Positions 1-8,068 of a DNA stretch of 20,535 bases are shown here, in pieces. Source of the DNA: Candidatus Krumholzibacteriota bacterium (lineage in GTDB: Bacteria > Krumholzibacteriota > Krumholzibacteriia > JAJRXK01); the NCBI GenBank assembly GCA_963806035.1, contig CAWDWO010000016.1, forward strand, positions 138,581-159,115. Direction: 5' to 3'. Under the pieces are notes generated by a model. That model made no database searches. It saw only the letters and a program-made list of their open reading frames with translations, and was not told where the DNA came from. A program made the translations under genes and the position numbers. Positions within the stretch are counted from its first letter, which is position 1. Each line of letters opens with the position of its first letter.

Positions 1-434
1 AAAAAGAAGACGAGCCCCAGTCCGCAGTAGATGAGATAGGTCGACACGTCGGTGGTGCGCGTACTCCCCAGACGAACCTGAACCTCGAAGATGTCTCCGT
101 TGCGGTTCACCATGTAGGGAATCACTTCGCCCACGCGGCGATCGCGCAGCAGGACCGCGGCCTGCCGCGGCGAGAGGATGGGCTTGCGATCGATCCCCTC
201 GATCAGGTCACCCACTTCGATGGGATACACCTGGCCATCGCGCATTGCCATTTGAGCCGGCCCGGCCGGCACCACGCCCACGATGCGGATCTCGTCCTGC
301 CCGAGTTTCCATTCGGCGCCATCGGTGGGTTTGCGTTGGAGCGCGTCGAATGCACAGAAGCCCGCGACCAAGAGGGCCAGAACGCCCACCAAGAGGTAGG
401 CCAAGGGCGGATGTTGGGCCGTCGAATTGGGCAT
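1..434 (-). CDS. Membrane-anchored PDZ-domain protein, N-terminal part (runs off the window; probable sensor/signalling protein)
   Basis: Not in the ORF track because it is open-ended. Manual translation from ATG at 434: MPNSTAQHPPLAYLLVGVLALLVAGFCAF (TM), then EIRIVGVVPAGPAQMA...IEVGDLIEGIDRKPI...VGEVIPYMVNRNG (PDZ-like V..GPA..GD.I..ID pattern), then YLIYCGLGLVFF (second TM). No stop to position 1. Confidence 0.75.
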   Translation of the reverse strand, partial: MPNSTAQHPPLAYLLVGVLALLVAGFCAFDALQRKPTDGAEWKLGQDEIRIVGVVPAGPAQMAMRDGQVYPIEVGDLIEGIDRKPILSPRQAAVLLRDRRVGEVIPYMVNRNGDIFEVQVRLGSTRTTDVSTYLIYCGLGLVFF

Positions 435-624
435 GATTGACGTGCGTTGAGTCTAGGGAACGCCGACCTGAGGTGGCCATCGGCCTGTATTCTACTCTGC
501 GGCCGCGTTTCGCTCACCTTGATAATTGGACGCACGAGGGGCACCTCAGGTTGCCGCTCGCACTCAGCTCGCCTAGAATCGGCGAATTCCGCCAGCCCGA
601 GTGTAACCCGAGAGGACCAATTCC

Positions 625-1467
625 ATGGACAGCGCTCTCACGCCGCGATCTCTCCGCCTCTTCATTGCTAATGTACTGTGGGAAGTCTCCGAAAGCATCG
701 CCAGCCAATTCGGACACACCGGCCCTCTGACCTTCAAGTACGGTCGGGAGGCCATCACCAAGGTGGACCGTCAGGTTGAGGACAAGATCGCCAAGGCCGT
801 TCTGGCGGCCTTTCCGGAGCACCGTTTCGTGGGGGAGGAGGCCGGCGAACGCGGCGCCGAGGAGGCCGAATGGAGTTGGCAGGTCGATCCCATCGACGGA
901 ACCCTGAACTATTCGGTGGGAATCCCGGTGTTTTCCAGCTCGGTCGCGGTCCTGCACCGCGGCGTGCTGCAGGCGGGCGGAGTGCTCGATCCGCTACGGC
1001 GCGAGCTCTTCACGGCCGCGCGCGGGGAAGGGGCCTTCGTCAGCCTCAAGGACGGGACGGGCGCGGTGGGGGCGGAGGAGCGCCTCCATGTGAGCGAGCG
1101 CGAGCGCTTCGCCGAGGCGGTGGTGAGCACGCAATTCGGCCGGCGCTCGATCTTCGTGGACCACCCCGAGCTTCTGCAACAGATGTTGCGCCACCCGCTC
1201 AAGACGCGGCGGCTGGGCAGCATCGCCATCGAACTGGCCTGGCTGGCCGCGGGAAGGATCGATCTGCTGCTGGCCGGCAAGCGCTCGCCCATCAACTTCT
1301 ATGACATCGCGGCCGGCTCCATTTTGGTGGAAGAAGCCGGAGGTCGCATCAGCGACGGCCACGGCTCGGCCCTGGGTGAGGACTGCCGGGAGATCATCGC
1401 CTCCAACGGCCGTCTACACGAGGAGCTGGTGCAGATTCTCCGTCCCTGGCTCAACTCTCGGGACTGA
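625..1467 (+). CDS. Inositol monophosphatase family protein (SuhB/CysQ/HisN-like)
   Basis: Motifs T.VD, GEE, W.VDPIDGTLNY, RRLGS and YDIAAG.ILVEEAGG. AGAGGA RBS upstream of ATG 625. Confidence 0.93.
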   Translation: MDSALTPRSLRLFIANVLWEVSESIASQFGHTGPLTFKYGREAITKVDRQVEDKIAKAVLAAFPEHRFVGEEAGERGAEEAEWSWQVDPIDGTLNYSVGIPVFSSSVAVLHRGVLQAGGVLDPLRRELFTAARGEGAFVSLKDGTGAVGAEERLHVSERERFAEAVVSTQFGRRSIFVDHPELLQQMLRHPLKTRRLGSIAIELAWLAAGRIDLLLAGKRSPINFYDIAAGSILVEEAGGRISDGHGSALGEDCREIIASNGRLHEELVQILRPWLNSRD

Positions 1468-1870
1468 GCTTCTCGAGGCGGCGGCTCAAATGCAGCACCG
1501 CCGCTGCGAGTTCGGGATAGCGGGGGCGCAGGGCGCGGTGAATGGCGTGGTAGAGGACGAAGCGTCGCGATCCCGGCTCGCTCATCTGCTCCAGCTGCCG
1601 CAGGGCCTGCTGAATCGCGCCTCCCACGGGATGATCCGCGTCCTCCAAGAAGCCCCAGGTGTGTCCGCGCAAGGTGTAAGAGAGACCGCCACTTCCGCGC
1701 AGGTATGGGGACGCGCCCAGTTCCCTTCCCAACTCGCTCATGAGCTTTTCGATCCGCTCGCGCAGGGCGGCATCCAGGGTCTCCTCGCCGCAGGAGGGGC
1801 AACGCAGGCTCGAGGCGGCCAGCGCCTGGCCGCAACGGCGGCAGAGGCCGATGGGCGGATTTGCGTTCAC
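1451..1870 (-). CDS. Hypothetical protein with N-terminal zinc ribbon (CxxC-x10-CxxC)
   Basis: CRRCGQALAASSLRCPSCG motif. Likely GTG start at 1870 with AAAGGAAG upstream. Converges on and overlaps the IMPase 3' end by 17 bp. Confidence 0.6.
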   Translation of the reverse strand: MNANPPIGLCRRCGQALAASSLRCPSCGEETLDAALRERIEKLMSELGRELGASPYLRGSGGLSYTLRGHTWGFLEDADHPVGGAIQQALRQLEQMSEPGSRRFVLYHAIHRALRPRYPELAAAVLHLSRRLEKLSPES

Positions 1871-2001
1871 TTCGCGCCGGCTTCCTTTCTGCCTGCTTGC
1901 TCGCGAGACGGGTTCGCCCCTACTTTCTGAGGGCGCACGAAATCGCGCGGCGGATCGCCGTCGCGCAGCGGATCCCCGCACGGCACTCTGGGACGGCGCC
2001 C

Positions 2002-2640
2002 ATGCTTTTAGACCCTAGCACAGGAACTCACGGGCGGGCTATCCGCGCCTGGGACTGGATGGGCGGCGTCCTGCTTCTGTTGCTTCTGGCGCTGCCGGTC
2101 CTCTCCCTGCCGGCGCACTCGCAGGAAATTCAGAGCCCGCAGGCTCCCTGGGTCGGCTGGGTCGGGCCCTGGGCCGACGGCATCATGGGCTTTCGCTTTG
2201 GGATGGACCCATCTACGGTGCGCAAAGTGGCCTCCAGCAAGAAGCTGCATGCCCTCACCGCGCGCTCGGAAACCCTGCGCTATGCGGGCAAGCTCGCGGG
2301 TCGCGAGGGCGAGATCGTTCTGGAATTCACCACGCCCAAGCTGGGACCCCAGCGAGGAGAGCTGAGCCGCATTCTCTTCAAGTGGGACTCGATGAGCGGC
2401 GTGAGCACGCACGCGACCCGGCTCTTCGAGTTGCTCGACAAGTTGCTGGCAGAGCGCTACGGCTCCCCGGTCTTTCGCCGGGATGCGGCTCTCTCCGAAA
2501 TCACCACCGGTTACAAGCAGGCGATTCGCGTCTATCAGGGCGCGGAGATGCAGGCGCGACTCATCCTCATGGCTGCCTCGAACGATCTTCTCCGTGTGAA
2601 TCTCATCTTGGTTTCGCCACAACTTCACCCCGGTTTCTGA
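2002..2640 (+). CDS. Exported hypothetical protein (signal peptide)
   Basis: Hydrophobic signal VLLLLLLALPVLSLPAHS with an AxS-type cleavage site, followed by GFRFGMD and L.ERYG.P motifs. Start uncertain (ATG 2002 or 2059). Confidence 0.65.
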   Translation: MLLDPSTGTHGRAIRAWDWMGGVLLLLLLALPVLSLPAHSQEIQSPQAPWVGWVGPWADGIMGFRFGMDPSTVRKVASSKKLHALTARSETLRYAGKLAGREGEIVLEFTTPKLGPQRGELSRILFKWDSMSGVSTHATRLFELLDKLLAERYGSPVFRRDAALSEITTGYKQAIRVYQGAEMQARLILMAASNDLLRVNLILVSPQLHPGF

Positions 2641-2722
2641 GGGCGCGCCCGCGGCTCCCCGCTCTGGTCATTTTCCGCGTGATGCTCTAGGATGCCGCCT
2701 CGGTTTCAACGGAGGAGTGCAG

Positions 2723-3637
2723 GTGGCGAGTAAGACTCAGCTCAAGAGAAAAGGCGGCAAGGGCCGCGCGCAGAAGAAGAGCGGCTCCAAGAGCGCGCGC
2801 CGCAAGGCAAACCGCGTCAAGGCCAAGCGCGTCGCAAGCGGCCCCAGTCTGGCGGCGAAGGCGGACAGGCACGAGCTCTACGAGCTGGCGGTGCAGGATC
2901 CCGAGCAGGACGTCGCCTTTTTGCGACAAGCCTACGAGTGCGTGCGGGGTCGCGCCCCACGGCTTTTGCGCGAGGACTTCTGTGGCACCGCCGCCGTCTG
3001 CGCCACCTGGGTGGCACAGGGTGAGAAGTTCGCCGCCGAGGGTTTCGACCTCGACGAGGACACTCTGCAGTGGGGACGTGAGCGACATCTCGCGCCTTTG
3101 GGATCCGCCGCGCGACGCGTGACGCTACACTGCAAGGACGTGCGCGAACCGGGACTGGCCAAGCCGGACATCACCTGCGCGCACAACTTTTCCTATCAGG
3201 TGTTTCACACGCGGGCCCTCATGCTGCAGTACTTCAAATTCGTGCTCGATACCCTGGCAGCGGGCGGCGTATTCGTCCTCGATATGTACGGAGGGTGGGA
3301 GTCCACCGAGGTGCTCGAGGAGGAGCGCCCCATCGAAGGAACCAAGGCGTTCTACGTGTGGGATCAGGTGAGTTACTCGCCGGTCACCGGACGGCAGGAC
3401 TGCGCGATTCACTTTCGCTTCAAGGACGGCAGCGAACTGCGCAGGGCGTTCTTCTACGAGTGGCGTTACTGGACCATGCCCGAGTTGAAGGACATTTTGC
3501 AGGATGCGGGCTTTGCGCGTATCGACTCCTGGTTCGAGGTGATGGACGAGGACGGCGACGGAACGGGAGTGTTCGAGCCCTCCGACGAAGGCCTGAACTG
3601 CGAGAGCTGGTTGGGCTACCTCGTGGCGTACAAGTAG
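2723..3637 (+). CDS. Class I SAM-dependent methyltransferase with a basic N-terminal extension
   Basis: LREDFCGTA (motif I variant), GFDLD, DVRE and L..GGVFVLD. GGAGGAG RBS at 2711-2717 before GTG 2723. Confidence 0.85.
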   Translation: MASKTQLKRKGGKGRAQKKSGSKSARRKANRVKAKRVASGPSLAAKADRHELYELAVQDPEQDVAFLRQAYECVRGRAPRLLREDFCGTAAVCATWVAQGEKFAAEGFDLDEDTLQWGRERHLAPLGSAARRVTLHCKDVREPGLAKPDITCAHNFSYQVFHTRALMLQYFKFVLDTLAAGGVFVLDMYGGWESTEVLEEERPIEGTKAFYVWDQVSYSPVTGRQDCAIHFRFKDGSELRRAFFYEWRYWTMPELKDILQDAGFARIDSWFEVMDEDGDGTGVFEPSDEGLNCESWLGYLVAYK

Positions 3638-3803
3638 GGCGGAGCCTGGGCGCGCGTCCGCGTGGTCTCCACCAGACGGAGGCACAGCCGTGGACGTGAC
3701 TTTTCGCTTCGCCCCGCCGCGTTTTTGCTCTAGAGTTCTGCGGCGTGTGTTCAACGCACCCCACCTTTTCGATCAAGTGATCGTTTCATCAGGAGTCATC
3801 GCA

Positions 3804-5717
3804 ATGCAGAAATCCACCCGTCTGAGAAGTGTGCTGAGCTTGACGATCTTGCTCGCACTCGTGCTCGCGGCCGGCATGGCCTGGGCCATTCCCGACACCG
3901 ATCAGCGCGACAAGATCCCCGAGCAGTACAAGTGGAGAGTCAGCGACATCTATCCCGACTGGGACGCCTGGGAGAAGGGCTACTCGGATCTGGAAGGGAT
4001 GATCAACGACTTCAAGAGCTTCAAGGGCACCCTGGCCGAGGGCCCGGAATCTCTGCTCAAGTGCTACCAGCAACAGGACCAGATGGGGCAGATCGCCTAC
4101 AAGGTGTGGTCCTTCGCCAGCCTCCAGCACGATCAGGATCTGCGCGACACCGATATCGACAGCTATCGCCAGCGCGCGCAGACCCTCTTCGCCCAGTGGT
4201 CGCAGGCCACTTCGTGGTTCGAACCCGAACTGCTGCAGATTCCCCATGAGACCATGGAGAAGTGGCTGGACTCGAACGAGGACCTGGCTCTCTACCGTTT
4301 CGCGATCGAGGACCTGTACCGCCAGCAGGAGCACGTGCTCGACGAGCAGGGCGAGAAGCTGCTCGCCTACAGCTCGCAGTTCAATGGCAGTCCGTCCAAC
4401 ATCTACGCCATGCTCAGCACCGCCGATGTGCAGTGGCCCACCGTCACCTTGAGCGACGGAGAGGAACTCAGCGTGACCTCCGGCCAGTACTACGCGCGCA
4501 TGGAGAGCGAGCGGAAGCGCTCCGACCGCGAAATGATCTGGCGCGCCTTCCTGGAGACTTTCAAGCAGGACATCAACACCTACACCGCCATCTACAGCGC
4601 GCTCTGCCAGCGTGACTGGGGACTGGCGCAGGCGCGCGGCTACCAGTCCACGCTGGATGCCGCCCTGGACAACAACAACATCCCCACCTCGGTGGTGGAG
4701 AACCTCATCGACGTGGCCAAGAAGGGCGCGGGCCCCTTGCAGCGCTACTACGCCGTGCGCCGCAAGCTTCTGCACGAGGACAAGGTCGCCATCTACGACG
4801 GCTACGTCTCGCTGGTTCCCAACGAGAAGAAGTATCCTTACGAGGAAGCGAAGAAGATGGTGCTGGCCTCGGTGAAGGTTCTGGGCGACGAGTACTACAA
4901 CACCATGAAGGATGGCTTCGAGAACCGCTGGATCGACGTGTACGAGAACGCGGGCAAGCGCAGCGGCGCCTACAGCTCGGGCGTGTACGGCGTGCATCCC
5001 TACATGCTGCTGAACTACACCGACGGACTCAGCGACGTCTTTACTCTGGCCCACGAGTTCGGGCACACCATGCACTCGGTGCTGGCGACCGAGCATCAGC
5101 CCTTCGTGTACAGCGACTACACCATCTTCGTGGCCGAGGTCGCCTCCACTCTGAACGAGGGACTCCTGCTGGACTACTGGATGGCGCACACCAAGGATCC
5201 CTACGAGCGCATCAACCTGCTGCAGCATGCCATCGACCAGATCGCCCTGACCTTCTACCGGCAGACTTGCTTCGCCGACTGGGAGCTACAGGCGCACCGC
5301 ATGGTCGAAGAGGGCAAGCCGGTCACCAGCGACAACCTGAGCCAGCTCTACCTCGATCTGCTGCGGCAGTACTACGGACCCGACACCGACATCGACGAGT
5401 TGTACGGAGCCACCTGGGCGCGGATTCCTCACTTCTTCCGCAGTCCGTATTACGTCTACCAGTACGCCACCTGCTTCGCCTCTTCGGCCCAGCTGCTGAA
5501 GGACATTCGCAGCAAGGATGCGAAGGTGAGCAAGGCGGCGGTGAAGCGTCACCTGGCGCTGCTCTCCGCCGGAGGCAGCGACTATCCCATGAACGAGCTA
5601 AAGACGGCGGGGGTCGATCTCACCCAGCGTCAAACCTTCCAGGCCGTCATCGACCAGATGGATCACCTGGTCACTCTGCTCGAACAGGAAGTCGCCAAGC
5701 TGCCCGAGAAGAAGTAG
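3804..5717 (+). CDS. pepF: Oligoendopeptidase F (peptidase M3B) with a signal peptide
   Basis: Zn motif HEFGH, GKRSGAYS, HPYMLLNY, FVAEVAST.NE, WARIPHFF..PYYVYQYAT. AGGAG RBS before ATG 3804. Signal-like N-terminus ending ...AGMAWA. Confidence 0.93.
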   Translation: MQKSTRLRSVLSLTILLALVLAAGMAWAIPDTDQRDKIPEQYKWRVSDIYPDWDAWEKGYSDLEGMINDFKSFKGTLAEGPESLLKCYQQQDQMGQIAYKVWSFASLQHDQDLRDTDIDSYRQRAQTLFAQWSQATSWFEPELLQIPHETMEKWLDSNEDLALYRFAIEDLYRQQEHVLDEQGEKLLAYSSQFNGSPSNIYAMLSTADVQWPTVTLSDGEELSVTSGQYYARMESERKRSDREMIWRAFLETFKQDINTYTAIYSALCQRDWGLAQARGYQSTLDAALDNNNIPTSVVENLIDVAKKGAGPLQRYYAVRRKLLHEDKVAIYDGYVSLVPNEKKYPYEEAKKMVLASVKVLGDEYYNTMKDGFENRWIDVYENAGKRSGAYSSGVYGVHPYMLLNYTDGLSDVFTLAHEFGHTMHSVLATEHQPFVYSDYTIFVAEVASTLNEGLLLDYWMAHTKDPYERINLLQHAIDQIALTFYRQTCFADWELQAHRMVEEGKPVTSDNLSQLYLDLLRQYYGPDTDIDELYGATWARIPHFFRSPYYVYQYATCFASSAQLLKDIRSKDAKVSKAAVKRHLALLSAGGSDYPMNELKTAGVDLTQRQTFQAVIDQMDHLVTLLEQEVAKLPEKK

Positions 5718-5752
5718 CGGCGAACGCAGCGACGAACGCAGCGACGAGCGCT
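5717..5752 (+). repeat. 3 x 12-bp tandem repeat (GCG(A/G)CGA(A/G)CGC(A/T))
   Basis: GCGGCGAACGCA-GCGACGAACGCA-GCGACGAGCGCT immediately after the pepF stop. Confidence 0.7.
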
Positions 5753-5764
5753 CAGTAGGCGCAG

Positions 5765-5807
5765 AAAAACGGCGCGCCGTCCTCAGGGGCGGTGCGCCGT
5801 TTCGTTT
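5765..5807. terminator. Probable bidirectional intrinsic terminator between pepF and the GS gene
   Basis: 16-bp stem (5767-5782 with 5787-5802, two G-U pairs) and TCAG loop. A-run on the left, TTTCGTTT on the right. Lies between convergent genes. Confidence 0.75.
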
Positions 5808-5844
5808 CCCCTCGCAGAACAAGAGAGAGGCAGAGAGTCGCGGA

Positions 5845-7254
5845 TCAGTCCGCGTGGCTGCGCAGTTGGGCCAGCAACGATTCGATGAGACTCGCCGGGA
5901 AAACTTCGCCTTCCCGTAGCTCGGCGGAGAAGTCCTCGAGCGCCTGGGCGACCTGGACAAAATCCCGCGGCACGGAGGCGCCTTCGCCGTCATCCTCGCC
6001 GGCGGCACTTCCGGCGAGAATCGCGTCCAATTCGGGCACCTTCTTGCCGTGGATCATGGCCTGCGCCGCGGCGGCGAGCAGCAAGTAGGGTTGCACCGAG
6101 CCGTCCGCCAGCCGGAATTCGATAGTGGGCGGAGTGACCGCGCTGCCGTCCTCGCTCACGGCCTGGATGGGAAGGCGCACCAGGGCATGACGGTTGAAAC
6201 GGCCCCAGGTGATGGAAGAGGGAGCTTCCTTGCCCTGGCTCAGACGCAAAAAGGAATCCTCGCTGCGGTTGCCGAAGGCCATCAGCGCGCCACCCATGGT
6301 CACGAGCCCGCCGATGAGCCAGCGAGCCTCGTCCGACAGCTTTCCCGAATCGTCCATCCCTCCCAAATGCTGCTTGTCCTTGAAGGGGGAGAAGTGGAAG
6401 TGCATGCCGCTGCCGGCGTGCCCCGCGCGCAGGATGGGCTCGAAGGAGCACGGCATGCCGTGCAGGTGCGCGAGGTGACGCAGCACCCACTGGGTGAGCA
6501 CGACGCCCTCGGCGGCGTCGGGCAGAGGCCTCAAGGCCAGCTCGATCTCGTGTTGCTCCCAGATGTGACCGTCGGTCTCGCTGGCCTCGATGTAGCCGAC
6601 CTCGCTGTGGCCGTACTTCACGCACACGCCGATCTCGGTGAGGATGGCCAGCGCTTCCCGGCGCAACCTCTCTCCGAACACGAAGGGGGCGGTCGCGTGG
6701 TAGCCGCGATCGTGGCTGCCGTAGACGTCGCTCTCCTCGGCGCGCTTGCCCAGGAAATACTCCACTTCGCCCAATGCCATCAGCTCCACCCCGGTGAGGT
6801 CTTTCACGCGCTCAAAGGCGCGCCGCACGATGGTGTCGGGCGATTGGGGCAGGGGACTGCCGTCGCGGCCCATATGACTACAGAAGAAGGCCAGAGTGGG
6901 ATAGGGGCTGAAGGGATCGAAAAATGCGCTGTCGATCCTCGGGCGCAGCACGATGTCACTCGCGCCAGCCTTGATGCCCGTGTCCGCGAAGAGCGAGGAG
7001 CCGTCGGCGCGTTCGCCGGCGGCCAGGATCTCTCGGAGGTGTTCCTGGCTGCGGGGGGCGAAGTCGAGGGTCTTCAGGCAGCCGTCGCTGCCCACGTGCA
7101 TGAGCGCGATGGTGCGCACGCCGTTGTCCTGCACCACGCGCACCATGTCGTGGATGGTCCACTGGCTACGGGGTTTTCCCAGGAAGCGGCGGACCCGGCC
7201 GGCAGGGAGGGGAGTGATCTCCTCATCGATCCAGTGCCGGGTCGTCGAAGTCAT
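5845..7254 (-). CDS. Glutamine synthetase family protein (type I-like)
   Basis: DG.LKTL.F, DGSSLF, GEVEYF, HSEVG, QHEIE, GSGMHFH, S..RL..G.EAP, WG..NR.ALVR.P and IEFR..DG: the GS metal- and substrate-binding motifs in the expected order. Confidence 0.9.
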   Translation of the reverse strand: MTSTTRHWIDEEITPLPAGRVRRFLGKPRSQWTIHDMVRVVQDNGVRTIALMHVGSDGCLKTLDFAPRSQEHLREILAAGERADGSSLFADTGIKAGASDIVLRPRIDSAFFDPFSPYPTLAFFCSHMGRDGSPLPQSPDTIVRRAFERVKDLTGVELMALGEVEYFLGKRAEESDVYGSHDRGYHATAPFVFGERLRREALAILTEIGVCVKYGHSEVGYIEASETDGHIWEQHEIELALRPLPDAAEGVVLTQWVLRHLAHLHGMPCSFEPILRAGHAGSGMHFHFSPFKDKQHLGGMDDSGKLSDEARWLIGGLVTMGGALMAFGNRSEDSFLRLSQGKEAPSSITWGRFNRHALVRLPIQAVSEDGSAVTPPTIEFRLADGSVQPYLLLAAAAQAMIHGKKVPELDAILAGSAAGEDDGEGASVPRDFVQVAQALEDFSAELREGEVFPASLIESLLAQLRSHAD

Positions 7255-7325
7255 GGCCGAGCCTTTCGGAAACCAGCAGCCCCGGTTCGAGGCTCCTGTG
7301 CTGAGGCCGAGTTCTGTGCTTTCGA

Positions 7326-7412
7326 TGGTGCCCGGAGGGAGACTCGAACTCCCACGAGGTTGCCCCCACTACGACCTGAACGTAGCGCGTCTGCCAATTC
7401 CGCCATCCGGGC
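7326..7412 (-). tRNA. tRNA-Leu (CAG)
   Basis: Reverse complement GCCCGGATGGCGGAATTGGCAGACGCGCTACGTTCAGGTCGTAGTGGGGGCAACCTCGTGGGAGTTCGAGTCTCCCTCCGGGCACCA. Anticodon stem CTACG/CGTAG around CAG, long variable arm, GTTCGA T-loop, encoded CCA. Confidence 0.97.
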
Positions 7413-7454
7413 GCCCTTTCAGCACGAGGAGCTCGGCTCCTCGGCGGGGAACGG

Positions 7455-7483
7455 AGAATAGTCAGGGCCCAAGCGGGTGTCAA
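7455..7483 (-). promoter_or_regulatory. Sigma70-type promoter for tRNA-Leu
   Basis: TTGACA-N17-TATTCT on the minus strand, about 40 bp upstream of the tRNA. Confidence 0.75.
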
Positions 7484-7503
7484 GAAAGGGCCCGATCCCG
7501 CCG

Positions 7504-7532
7504 TTGCCCCAAGCGGCGCGGTCTGTTAGCTT
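7504..7532 (+). promoter_or_regulatory. Candidate sigma70 promoter for the smpB operon
   Basis: TTGCCC-N17-TAGCTT with a TGn extended -10, upstream of the GGAGAGGA RBS and ATG 7560. Confidence 0.5.
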
Positions 7533-7559
7533 GATTCTCCGCCGGGGGAGAGGACGGAA

Positions 7560-8063
7560 ATGGCAGCCAAGAAGCGCTCGGCCAAGGCCGAGAGCGATGT
7601 CAAATTCATTGCTCGCAACCGCAAGGCGCGCTTCAACTTCGAATTCCTCGAGCGCTTTGAAGCTGGTCTGGTCCTTCAGGGCACGGAGGTCAAGAGCCTG
7701 CGCGCCGGCCAGTGCAATCTGGGGGATGCCTACGCGGAGATCCGCAAGGGAGAGCTCTGGCTCAAGAACCTGCACATCTCTCCGTACGAACAAGCCAGTC
7801 GCGAGAATCACGAACCCCTGCGGGCGAGGAAGCTCCTGATGCACCGCAGGGAGATCAGGCGCCTGGAGGGCAAGGTCGCCGAGAGAGGGCTCACCCTGGT
7901 CGCGGTGAGCCTGTACTTCAAGAAGGGCAAGGCCAAGTGCGAACTCGCGCTGGCGCGAGGCAAGAAAGTTCACGACAAGAGGGCCAGTGCGGCTGACAAG
8001 GACATGGAACGCAAGGTCCGCAATGCCATGCGAGGCGGGATGCGCCGCCGCGGTCAGGAGTAG
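7560..8063 (+). CDS. smpB: SsrA-binding protein SmpB
   Basis: IARNRKARFNF...EAGLVLQGTEVKSLRAG, HISPY, NHEP.R.RKLLMHRREI, LARGKK.HDKR. Confidence 0.98.
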   Translation: MAAKKRSAKAESDVKFIARNRKARFNFEFLERFEAGLVLQGTEVKSLRAGQCNLGDAYAEIRKGELWLKNLHISPYEQASRENHEPLRARKLLMHRREIRRLEGKVAERGLTLVAVSLYFKKGKAKCELALARGKKVHDKRASAADKDMERKVRNAMRGGMRRRGQE

Positions 8064-8068
8064 GGCGA

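Noticed and set aside
7413..8068. tmRNA (ssrA) beside smpB
   Set aside because: The upstream 147 bp are occupied by divergent promoters, and the amidase starts 5 bp downstream. No tmRNA-like ends were seen.
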